From assembly GCA_030704615.1 (NCBI GenBank), contig CM060732.1, positions 60,202,001 through 60,266,000 of the forward strand: a stretch of 64,000 nucleotides of DNA, given 5' to 3'. A program made the position numbers and the translations under genes. Source of the DNA: Takakia lepidozioides. Taxonomy: Eukaryota > Plantae > Bryophyta. The notes under the pieces are model-generated. The model ran no database searches. It had not been told where the DNA came from and worked only from the letters and a program-made list of their open reading frames with translations. Positions 44,141 through 55,082 of this stretch are shown piece by piece; within the stretch, counting starts at the first letter, position 1; every line of letters begins with the position of its first letter.

Positions 44141-45400
44141 GGCCCTCTTGGATGATTCTGGACCCACACTCTATCTCTGTTCCTTCAGCTATCCATGCCT
44201 GATCTGCACAAATCATGCATTCATCTTTGCCTTGCTGCTAGCAGATGACAATGAAAGCCTCGAATTGTTCTGGGAAACACCCAACTCAACTTATCACACC
44301 AGCTCCTATGCTCAATTGCATCTTCTACTCTCTGTAATCCAACATGCATTCACTTTTTTGCCTTGATTGTCCCACCGTTGACTGGGGTCAGAAAAGTATT
44401 CACTCCACAGCTTCTTGTGGTCTCCGTTACCTGTTCTGGATTCTTTCATGTTGTCACATTGGCAGTATCATGTCAAAAGTCACTCCAAACTACAAAGGTT
44501 CACTCAACCAGCTAACTTGCAGAATTCAACATGAAAATTTAGAGCCGCTACTGATAAGAGGGAAAAACAGGGTGAAATGTGTTGAAGAAGGTGCCTTCAT
44601 TAGCAGTGCCTGATTTTATCAATTCCGCCGCTACTACTGCAGCTTCCAGTTGACCATCTACACATGCAGGTTTCTTATAGCTATTAATCCACAGGGAATC
44701 ATAGGTAATCTTGTGCTTGAAGTCGGGCCCTCTTGGATGAATCTGGACCCACACTCTATCCCTGCTCCTTCAGCTATCCATGCCTTTGTACAAATCATGC
44801 ATTCATCTTTGCCTTGTTGCTAGCAGCTGACAATGACAGCCTAGATTTGTTCTAGGAAACACCCAATCAGTTTATCCCACTAGTTCCTATGTTGAATTGC
44901 GTCTGCTACTCTCTGTAATCCAACAGACATTCACCTTTTTGCCTCGGTTGTCCCACCATTGACCGGGGTCAGAAAAGTATTCATTCCACAGCTTCTCCTC
45001 ATCTCTGTTACCTGTTTTTGGATACTTGAACCTGTTGTCACATTGGCAATATCATGTCACTCACTCCAAACTATTAAATGGTTCATTCAACCAACTAACT
45101 TGCAGAATTCAACATGAAAATAGAGTGCCAATTCTGAAAAGAGGGAAAAACAGGTGAAATGTGTTGAAGAAGGTGCCTTCATTAGCAATGCCTGATTTTA
45201 TCAATTGTGCCGCTGCTAATGCGGCTTCCACTTGACCATCTGTTTCTTGTACTTGTCCTTCCACAGGAATGATAGGTAATGTGGAGCTTGAAACCCGGCC
45301 TTCTTAGATGAATCTGGACCCCCACTCTATCCCTCCTCTTCAGCTGTCCATGACTCTGCACAAATCATGCATACATCTTTACCTTGCTGCTAGTAGCTGA
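44141..45400. repeat. Tandem duplication, ~575-585 bp unit (two full copies plus a partial third)
   Basis: Unit start ggccctcttggatga.tctggacccacactctatc recurs at 44141, 44726 and 45297. Confidence 0.9.
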
Positions 45401-45440
45401 CATGGAAGTACAGCTAACTTCTAATCAATGCCTGTTGCAC

Positions 45441-45662
45441 GTATATTTCATTGCAACATCACAAGAGTTGACAAGGGTGGATGTTGTAACCAAGGCACCA
45501 GTCATCCATCACTTTTCAGAGACAATTGCTAGGCTTGAGACTATCACATGCTTTGGGCAGCAAGAATAGTTTTCCCTGCCCAACATTGAACATGTGGATT
45601 CTAGTCTACGCATGGACTTTTGACACAACAATGCAGCCAATGAATGGATTGGTTACCGGTTG
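45441..45662 (+). pseudogene. ABCC/MRP-type ABC transporter gene fragment (TMD2 region)
   Basis: [28 protein letters not shown]…CFGQQE*…SLRMDF/HNNAANEWIGYRL, the conserved plant MRP segment, carrying a stop and a frameshift. Confidence 0.8.
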
Positions 45663-46410
45663 TGTTTAGAATGACTCTGGTACAATTCCAGCTTTGATGA
45701 TATCCCCATGCACCTCTTTGCCTTTTTCCCGGGCTTCACCCTTACCCCCATCATTTGCTCATAGGTCTCCAGAGCCTCCATCCCACGTCCCTGCTGTGCA
45801 TACCCTGCAAGCATCGCACTCCATGACACCACATCTCGTTCAACCATAGTGTTGAACACTCCCTTTGCATCCTCGATGCACCTGCATTTTGCATACATGT
45901 CCATCAGGGTATTGTTCAGAATGACATTTGGTACAATTCCAGCTCTGAAGATGTTGCCATGGACCTCTTTCCCCTTTTCCAGAGCTGCCAGGGCAATGTT
46001 CAGAATGACATTTGGTACGATTCCAGCTTTGATGATATCGCCATGCACCTCTTTGCCCACGTTGCATTTGCCAAAAGAGTTCAAAGGCCGCATCCCCTTG
46101 ACCATTCTGAGTAGACCCTTTGATCATTGCAGTCCAAGAGACAACATTCCATTCAAGCATTTTGAAGAACACTCTGCGAGCATACAACACACTCCCACAC
46201 TTGCAATACATGGCGACAAGGGCAGTCCCCACAAACAGATCTGATGCAAATCCAGCCTTTATTATTGCCACATGGATCTGCTTGCCCTGCTCCAGAGCTG
46301 CTGGGATGGTACATGCATTGAGGACGCTAAGAAAAGTGATCTTGTTTGGTTTCAAGCCTGCTCGCTGCATTTGGCCAAATAGTTTAAATGCTTGCTCACC
46401 ATGCTGTGGG
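45663..46410 (-). pseudogene. PLS-class pentatricopeptide repeat (PPR) gene fragment with internal duplications
   Basis: PNKITFLSVLNAC…LEQGKQIH, GTALVAMYCKCG, NTLMDMYAKC, RDVVSWSAMLAGYAQ; frameshifts; a GKEVHG.I..AGIVPNV unit is repeated. Confidence 0.85.
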
Positions 46411-47846
46411 GGCAGGTCATTGCATAGGCATTGAGTGGATGGCTCTATGAGTAAACCCCCTTGCCTTTTTGCCACCCTTGCTCGTTGCGGCATTTTGATC
46501 TAATCATTTAGGGGCGAAAAATGTGGGATCTATTGGTCTTGATAGTATGCAGATGCTCTGAAGACAAACGAGAAGCCTTGCTTAGAGACTTCAACGACAC
46601 TTGGGCCCTTCGAGGCATCATCTGCTCCCGGTCTAGAGATAATTCAAGTTGGGTCAATAGACCACCTCAGATCTGGAGAGTCGCCTAGCCCTTTGCCCTC
46701 CCCTGCTAACCATGACGATATGGAGGACATCAACTGGCGGCACCGCAAGAACAGGAATTTTAAAGTGAAGGCCCACCTCAACTTTGAGCCGCTTCGTAGG
46801 AAACATTAGATAGTTGAGTGCCCCCCTCAAGCACCTAGGCTTCTGCTGTTTCTTTTGTGTGGCAGGCCTATAGTTTGTTTTAGCTAGGTGTTGCTTAGAT
46901 GTGTGCTCAGGTTTCGTATCTGTTTTGATTTCAGCAAGGGTTTTGTTATCGCTGGTATGCTCATTCTTCCGAGCAGCTCCAGTATGAGATTCTCTCTTTT
47001 CTAGCTTGTGTTGAGCCTGGGCTCCTTGCTCATAGTTTCTATCTCACATTATGACATTGCTTCATAGCTGCTGTCCCCATAGGACATTGAAACTCTGCAT
47101 ATTTTTAAAGCTTCCCCCTAGGTGGGATGGACTGGGTGATACCCTATCACTTTGTGATGTAAGCCTTCATGGCCTCCCCTCATGGTTATTTTTTCCATGA
47201 GTTCTCTAATATGACTTAAACGCCTTCCTCACCTTTCGTGTACTCAACTATTTCAACTTATTCAGGGAATTATTAGTTGTCATTAAAACAAAAATACATT
47301 GAAAAAACCTGTAGAAGAAAATAGATAAAATTTTGTGGTTTGAAACTGCTAATATAATTGAGCTATCGTAATGTATTGGCCTATGCTAACAATTTGATTA
47401 GTGAACCCAAGAACCCAGGATCTCATGGAACTGGAGAGAATTAAAGAGGTTATGCCATGTTATGCTAAGGGCCCACCCAAGGGTTCCGGGAGGATCTAAG
47501 AACCGCAACTGGAACCGTTATAGCCCCCCAATCGCCGGTTCTCACGTGTGTGTTCCCAACAAGAGCCGGCGGTTCCGGTTCTACGCCTATCCCTATTGGC
47601 CAGTTCCGAGTCCGGTTCTACAGGAGTGGGTCAGATTCCGGTCCGGTTTCTTATAACCAGAACCGGCGGTTAACCGGGTCCGGCGGTTAATCGCACAACA
47701 CTGGTCATGTCCACTACTCTCTAATGAAACAAACTTATAGTCTGAATGTGCACAACCTTGCAAATTCATGCATATTTGAGTCATGCTAACTACACTATTT
47801 TCATGACACTTTGGAAAAGAATCATACACCGACAAAAGGTCATGAC

Positions 47847-48620
47847 CAGTGTTGGCCGGGTACCATGTTTTGAGCCCTCTTCCGGTCCCGGTTATGGCGT
47901 ACTCTTTGAAAAAAATGGATGGCCGGGGCAGGGCATACCAATAGGTTTGAAAAACATCTCGGTTACAGGTTCTCAATAAACACATGGATTTTTTTTTGTC
48001 CGGTTCTCAATCTACCGGTTATGCCATCTTAAAAAATGCCGGTTCCATGGTACTGGTTATGGGATTCATCCACTTTTATTTATTTTTACTTTTTTTAGCA
48101 TTTTTGTGTATGTGTGTAAAACTATACACAAAAGGGTTGTGGCATGGTGATAAGCCACTAGAGTATTGGTTGTGGGTCTCGGGTTCAAAGTTCAAACATT
48201 CAACCTTGTCATCTATCTCTCCGCCCCTAGCCCCTCTAATACACTAAGCTTACAACTTATAACTATTGTCCTAGCCAAATGCCAAATGACTAATTAACTT
48301 CCTACTTGGACATTCTCATTAGTGTTGTGCACCTAATCTCCCCAACATTGTAATTTCATAACTATCATCACTAACCCTTACACTTGTATTATCTAGAACC
48401 GCCTCTACGCCATCCACATTTGCTCTGGATCTTGCTCCGGGTATAACACCCTTATAATCACCATGCAGGGTCTCTAGCCGGTTAGGAAGCTCGATTTTTT
48501 TTCCGGTTCCTTTCCATAGCCGGTTCCTGCGGGGGCTGCACTTTCCGGTTATGCACATGTGCATAACCGGCAAATAACCGCCGGATATGCATGTCAAGAT
48601 GCCATACCCATGCAACACTG
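47847..48620. mobile_element. Non-autonomous hAT-type element (MITE), 774 bp
   Basis: TIRs CAGTGTTGGCCGGGTA / TACCCATGCAACACTG; perfect 8-bp TSD GTCATGAC (47839-47846, 48621-48628); many subterminal (A)CCGG(TT) motifs. Confidence 0.88.
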
Positions 48621-48744
48621 GTCATGACATGAGTCATAAAGAGGGTCAGGAAAATCATTTTATGTCGTAGTGCCTCTTGTATCCCGACCCCTACCCTCAA
48701 GGCAAAAGGCTGCGACAGCTTACGAGGTGTATGTAACGTGGAAC

Positions 48745-49515
48745 CGGTGTTGGGCGGGTATGACAATTTGGGCATATTGAAGGGTCCGGGTAAGGCTTCT
48801 TTGCTTAAAGCGGTATGGAGGCGGTTATATATAATGTAGGGGTTTGAAAATTGTGGCGGTTACAGGTTGTCAATAGAAGGGTCCCAAAAGAAAAAGTTCC
48901 CGGTTATCAACATGCCATTATCCAAGTGGAACACCACCGGTCCCATACAACAATTATCAATATAACCTGATTTCCAGTTATGATATATAAGATTTTAAGA
49001 GGACCATAAAGAAAGAAAAAAGAAAAACAATTGAAGAGTCACAATTAGGAGGACCAGAAAAGGGGGAAAAAAAAAAGAAAAAGAAGAAGAAGATAGGAAC
49101 AACTCCATCATTATGAGCTAGAAAATATATATATATATATATATATGAGCTTTGACGGTTTTGGGTTTTCCTTCCAAAAGCCTTTGACTAACAGTCCTCT
49201 CAAGACTCAAATGCAGACCCTATGAGGATGCATAATTACTACCCATGAATGCAGCTTGGTTGTAGTAAAATCTCAAGGTTTTGTTCAAAAGTTGCTACCC
49301 TCCTCATTTTCAAGGTTCCATACAGGTTCCATATAGTAAGCCATAATTGCCCCCGGCCGGTTCTAGCTTGGGCCGGGTAAGTGCCGAGATGACCCTCGCC
49401 GGTTCCAACTCAAGTCGGGTCCACCCAAAATTTGGGTGGCGGGTCTCAATAGTATGATACCCTGACTATTACCCGGCCGGGTATATATGTCGACATATAT
49501 ACCCGCCCAACACTG
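48745..49515. mobile_element. Second related hAT-type MITE, 771 bp
   Basis: TIRs CGGTGTTGGGCGGGTAT / ATACCCGCCCAACACTG; near-TSD cGTGGAAC / GTGGGAAC; CCGG-rich subtermini. Confidence 0.8.
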
Positions 49516-49748
49516 GTGGGAACCTTGCCGGTACGGTTTGGAGGGGGGGGGGGGGTCCGGCAGGACCTGTTGTCAAATCCCCACCCCCCATTGAACCCTT
49601 GTCGTTTATGAGTCTATATTATAGTTTAAGCTTTAAAAGATAAATGGTTAGTTAGAAAGTGGTGGTAGTGTGGTGGCTAGGTGCAATGAATAATGATGAG
49701 GTAATTTGGGGTTCAATGCTCGAAATGTGAGGCGTATTGGATGTTTAA

Positions 49749-51019
49749 CCCTTAACTTCCTACAAGGTGAATTTTTTCACTCCCAAAAATTACTACCCTT
49801 TGGAACTAATGGGAGGCTAACCACCTACTGGCATTCATCCACAAAAATTGACTGTACACATACATGCTTCTTGGCCTTTACACTATCTCCCCAAATTTTA
49901 AGAGTTTTCACCGTTGAGTTTGAGAGATTATATTATTTTTCTGAGAAAGTTTTTCTTTTCTTTTGGTTTGAAAAAAACCTTTATTTGCTTTGACCAAGCA
50001 TATTGAGGGGCTTTTTGAATTTTCCAAAAGGGCTACCCCAAATTTTCATAATGTACAAATACAAAGTGCATGCCAAATTTCACATCAAACCAACATTTTA
50101 CTGCATATGCTACTTTGTATGTGCTTTGGTGAGAGTTGACATGTCCATCTCTAGCAAACACATTCAAGCCTAAAGCTTTCCGCCAAACCATGTCATCCCA
50201 AAAACCATAATTACACAAATCCCTCTGGTGAGGGGCTGTCTTATAATAAAGTTGTCCGTTAAGTGACAATCCCTTCCGCCTCCTAATACATCCCCACTAC
50301 ACCTCTCATAGGCATTTTGCGCCTATCCGGGAAGTCATGCAGATAGAGTACCAAAAGAAGAACTAGGGAGGGCAGCAGCGGGCCCACGCACAGGTGTGCA
50401 CGAATTTTCCTTAAGTCCGCATGGGCCCCGTCCCAGCCTCCCTGGCCGCTTCCTTCCACGCCGCGCCACGTACCCCGAGAGGAAAGCCAAAAAGTAAATG
50501 CAGGATGAAACTCGTTTTGCCGTCATTTTGGTGCTATTTTGAGTTTGGTCTTGTCTTTTTTTTTGCTTGTATTTTAATCCCCTGCTCTTTTGACATTTAT
50601 TGCACTTCAACCTCTGTTTTGGCCAAACTGGCCTAACTCACCCTCCATCCCTTAACGGATAACTTTAATGCCCATAAGCATCAAGAAAACTTTCAAGAGG
50701 ATCTCTTGTAAAAACCAAAATTTAAATAGGTCAAGTAGCATCGAACAATTTTGGCATCACTAGCTTGGTATGCTTCAATGGCCGAATGAGGGGGGCCCAC
50801 GTTTCTAGTCAACTCCCCTCCACCCAATAAATTTTTGACCCCTGTCCCTTTAGAAAAATATGGAGGTCGCATGCCTGCTCCAAATGGCATGCAATAGATT
50901 GGAGTAGGTGGGCCACATCATGCGCTATAAATGCTCAGAAGGAATGAATGTTAAAAAAGTTCATCTGCAAAAGTTAGGATGGTCCTCTAGACAGCACGAC
51001 CCAAAACGGAAGTTAAGGG
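49749..51019. mobile_element. Non-autonomous piggyBac-like element, 1271 bp
   Basis: TTAA(49745-49748)|CCCTTAACTTCC … GGAAGTTAAGGG|TTAA(51020-51023): perfect 12-bp TIR starting CCC plus TTAA TSD. Confidence 0.75.
50249..50665. mobile_element. Nested TA-flanked MITE (Tc1/mariner-type TSD)
   Basis: TA|AAGTTGTCCGTTAAGTGA … TCCCTTAACGGATAACTT|TA; two mismatches between the TIRs. Confidence 0.55.
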
Positions 51020-52007
51020 TTAAATAGATTACAACAAGCTGATATATTTTTATATTTCCCAACTACTTCAAAGTCCAAGATCTCCCACTCCGTTCTCGTG
51101 TTCTCACTCCTCGCTCACTTCCATGCTCTTTTGCTCCCATGTAATTCTCAGTCCTCACTCCCCTGTTCCCAATCCCCTGGGCCCGATCCCCTCCTCACCC
51201 TATATTGGAATGGGGTATGCTCCCCCGCTCCCTTGTTCCTCGTGTATGCTCCCTTGTCCTACTATGGGGAGCAATGAGCTAGAACAAGGGAGCAAAGAGG
51301 GGAGTACATTTGGGAACAAGGTCGTGAAGATGTGGAGTGAGAGGAGGGAGTGGGAGGTGTGGAACACTCTCCACCTTCTCAATACAGGAGGAGATTTGAC
51401 TAGCAGTCTCTTGGAGCCTTTGGAAGCTTCGGCCAAATGACTCCACCGCGTCACACGCTTGCCTTAAACTTGTTGGATAAGTGTAGTGTGACACCCCTCC
51501 AATGTACAAAAAACCATGATACATATTAGTAAAAAATATTTATAGATTGGTTTCTTAGCCATAATACTGATTTTTCTTGTTTCTCGTGAGAAAAGTAAAG
51601 AGATAGCAAATAGCCTAGTAAATGAGGTGCTTATTCGAAATCCTCATTAGATCAATAAATTTGATCTCATAAATTACATCATCGCATGATAACTTGAAAT
51701 ATACATCAAATACGTTCAATTAATGATTATTGAGGGATCATACTGTCCAACATGAATCACCACCATCATTATACACTACCACGTAATTTATATGATTGTT
51801 CAAATGCAAATATAGCTTATGAGATGTATATATGGATTTTCCATCGCGTCATATTTTGGTCTTGGAATACCAATTGTATGTTGTCATAATATAAAAATAT
51901 TACCGTACATGCCTACGCTGTCCGATGATAATTAAATGCAAAAACAGACCTGCAGGAAAAATTGAAAATGACGACACTCTTCCAGAGCAAAGTCCCCATT
52001 GCATTTG

Positions 52008-52966
52008 ACACAGCTTGACAACAACTCATCTTTAAAGATTTGGAGCTTGAAAATTTCGATTACCTGCCCAACAGAAAATCACCACAAGCCCTTTGCATGA
52101 TTGGAGAAGTAGAAGAAAAGTGACTTTCGCAAAATCAGGTACCATTAATACAGAAGGGAGGAGTAGCGAGAGGTGGGAGAAAAAATACCTCGGCTAATTG
52201 TTCGCACTTGTCAAGGGTCCTCACACGGTAAGCTAAGTTGTCAGGGACAAGGCGTCAGAGTAATTTATATATCTGGTCAACAAAACACGACCCTCCCTTT
52301 CTGCTTGTTCTACCATTTGCATGTCTCCCCAGCTTCAAGCGGCGAATATCAATATTGCGCACACAAACATACAATGAGACTAGTAGGTGACCACATTCAT
52401 ACAAGTCAAATTACACGTGTCTATCCATGATATATTACGTAATGAGTTTATATCAGAGAAGTGTATAGATCAGTGCTTGAGCTATCATTACTTCCTTGCA
52501 TTACATTATTGTCTTAGATCTAATCGTCACACGAAAATAAGTTGCAATAGACTAACCACACACACGCTGACTATTTTGATACTCATATACCTCTAAGTGG
52601 TGGCCACGGTAAAAAATAGGATTGATGAGTGCCATAAAACCAACGTGGATGTTGGTAAAACAGATTAAGATATGACCATGTCATGTCTTTTTCATATCAA
52701 ATATCAAAATTCCGTTTTTTCTTAAAACAAATTGAGAATAGTTTTTTTGTTCTTCATCCTACAAGGTGTTATGACCAAGAACAACCTATGGTATGTCCTT
52801 GTACATCAATGATCTTGAGGTCCATGAGCTTGATATGCTAGCCACGATAGTATCTTCAAACATTATATTTACAATATTTCTCAATCCATGATTTGTCACT
52901 TGCTCAAAAATCTGGATTCAATGACTTTGTGTTCATTTAGATATTTAAGTTATAAAAATGCAAGTT
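52008..52966 (-). repeat. Right arm of inverted repeat (partner 37465-38393)
   Basis: Reverse complement of the left arm, with a small extra insertion near 52530-52560. Confidence 0.92.
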
Positions 52967-55082
52967 GTATGCTAACGAGGTTGCTAGCGTTGCTATGTCG
53001 ACTCTCCGCTAGGTGTTGCCGCTTGACTCCACTGTCCTTCGTCACTGTTTCCTTGGGCATGTGCCGTCGCTGCCTCCTTTCACTGTTGAAGCATCCATTT
53101 GGTGGTGTATCGCAGACTCCATAAGATGGGCCCCACCGCAGTCCATTTGAAGATGTTGGTTTGCAAGCTTGGTACGACACCTCTACATGTGCCTCCTCTA
53201 CATGTGCCTCTGCACACAGTCGTCACTATGGCGGCCCCACGCTGCTCATCGCTTAGTAGGTTGTTTGATCACCACTTATTGATACCCTTTTAAGGATCAT
53301 CCAGAACTTAGTCCCTACACCTCTCTTCACGAACTGTCGAAATCTCGAGGCTCGGCCTAAAGCCCTGGCCCGCCTTGTTGGGGTCTAATTGTCAGGCGAA
53401 AAAAAACCCCCAAAACGCCAACGTTAATGTCCTGTTTTGGAGGGCGCCCACCAAAAACTGCCTCATCCATTAGGGGTTAACATAAAAAATTTGTACTTCC
53501 AAAAAAACTCAAAGTCCTTTAAGTGGATCTTTGCTCCCTTGTTTCCCAGTTTCATTTCCATGTTCCCACATACATACCACTCCCCTGCAGCTCCTCTGTT
53601 ATTGCTCTTGCTCCCTGATGCCCTGTTACTACTCCCGCTCCCTTGTGTTACTGCTATGCCATAAGGAAGGAGCAAAAGGCAGGGAACAAGGGAATGGGGG
53701 AACCGTAACAAATGAGCAATAACATAGACGAGCGGGGAGCAAGAGCAGGGGAGCTACATAGCAGGAGCAAGGGAGCAAAGGTCTGGGAACAGAGATAGTG
53801 GACCCGAGGAGGGGCGTGAGGTACAAGGGAACGCTTGACTGGACAGGGGTGGGGATTTGACCACAGGCCCGCGAGGGGCCTCTCGGTGATGGGACCGGCA
53901 AGGCTCACGCGCATTGAACTGCCATGTCTAAGTGCGAAGTGAACAATGTTGTGGAGAATGTTATCCACATTGTTCACACTAAGTTCATTTTGACAAAGAT
54001 CCAGCTTTGCCACCTTTGACCAAGGAAATAACCGCCCCACCAACACATTGAGATGCTTTTGTTTTACACCCGAAAACTCCTTGTGGCACCCATTGAGTGG
54101 CCAACCGCTCAAGCAATGCAATCCTGCCCGCCCTCTACTGACTGAACAGCCACTAACACATCACGTAATCTGAGGAGCCACTAAAAAGACCAGGAATTTG
54201 TCTGGTTCCAATAATGAAGAATGAGAAACACAAGCAAGTCAAGGTTTAAGATAAAATAACTGAGAGGGCATGCAGTGTTCCCCCTGAAGAAAAGACCTCC
54301 CATTTTCAAGTTTGACTTCATTGGCAGTTTGCTCTATGCCCCAGGAAACAAACTAGGAGAGATCATTTTCTTGACTGAGGCAGGAGATTAGAAAATTCTC
54401 TGCAGTAAGTCCAATGGAGTGATTTTCAGGCTGATCAAGTGGTGCATGTTTCACACTCCCAGGTTCATCTCCCCTATATCCACCATAGTTACTTATCTGT
54501 GCAAGGGTTCATTTTCCCATTGACCAGGACCGTCCAGGATACAAGGTTAGGAAAGCTAACACCCACTGCCAGAGGCAATACAGGGTTCAAGGGATCTTGT
54601 TTACATGTGTGAACTATGCAACTTCTGGAACTAGCTTTCAGTTAGTATGTGGAAGGCATCTCAATGTTAATCTATGCAGGTGCTTTCAAATGAAGAGACA
54701 CCGGAAGCCTGGGGCAAAGCAGCCTCTTCTCTCCCTCTCCAATAGAATAAACTCCAAACAGGTAAGGTATTCACAAGAATTTGTAGGATTTCAGAGAACC
54801 CACTCAAGCCTAAGAGCTTACCCACTAATCTCCGGATTACATAACCTTCGACTTCCATATCCTCTGAAGAAAAGATTCTCTCCCCTTCTTCAACAAGGGC
54901 TATGACAAGCAGTCCTGTGTGTCGGCTTTTCGTTTCTTCACTATGGATGCAGCTTCTGTTCTCAATCACAAGAGCGAGGAATGATGGTGGGAGTCGCAAC
55001 ACCCACAAAAAAGATGCTTGCTATGAGCTAAGGATCAACTATATCTGTCAGAAGAATACTCAGAAACTTGCTACTCATCTGC

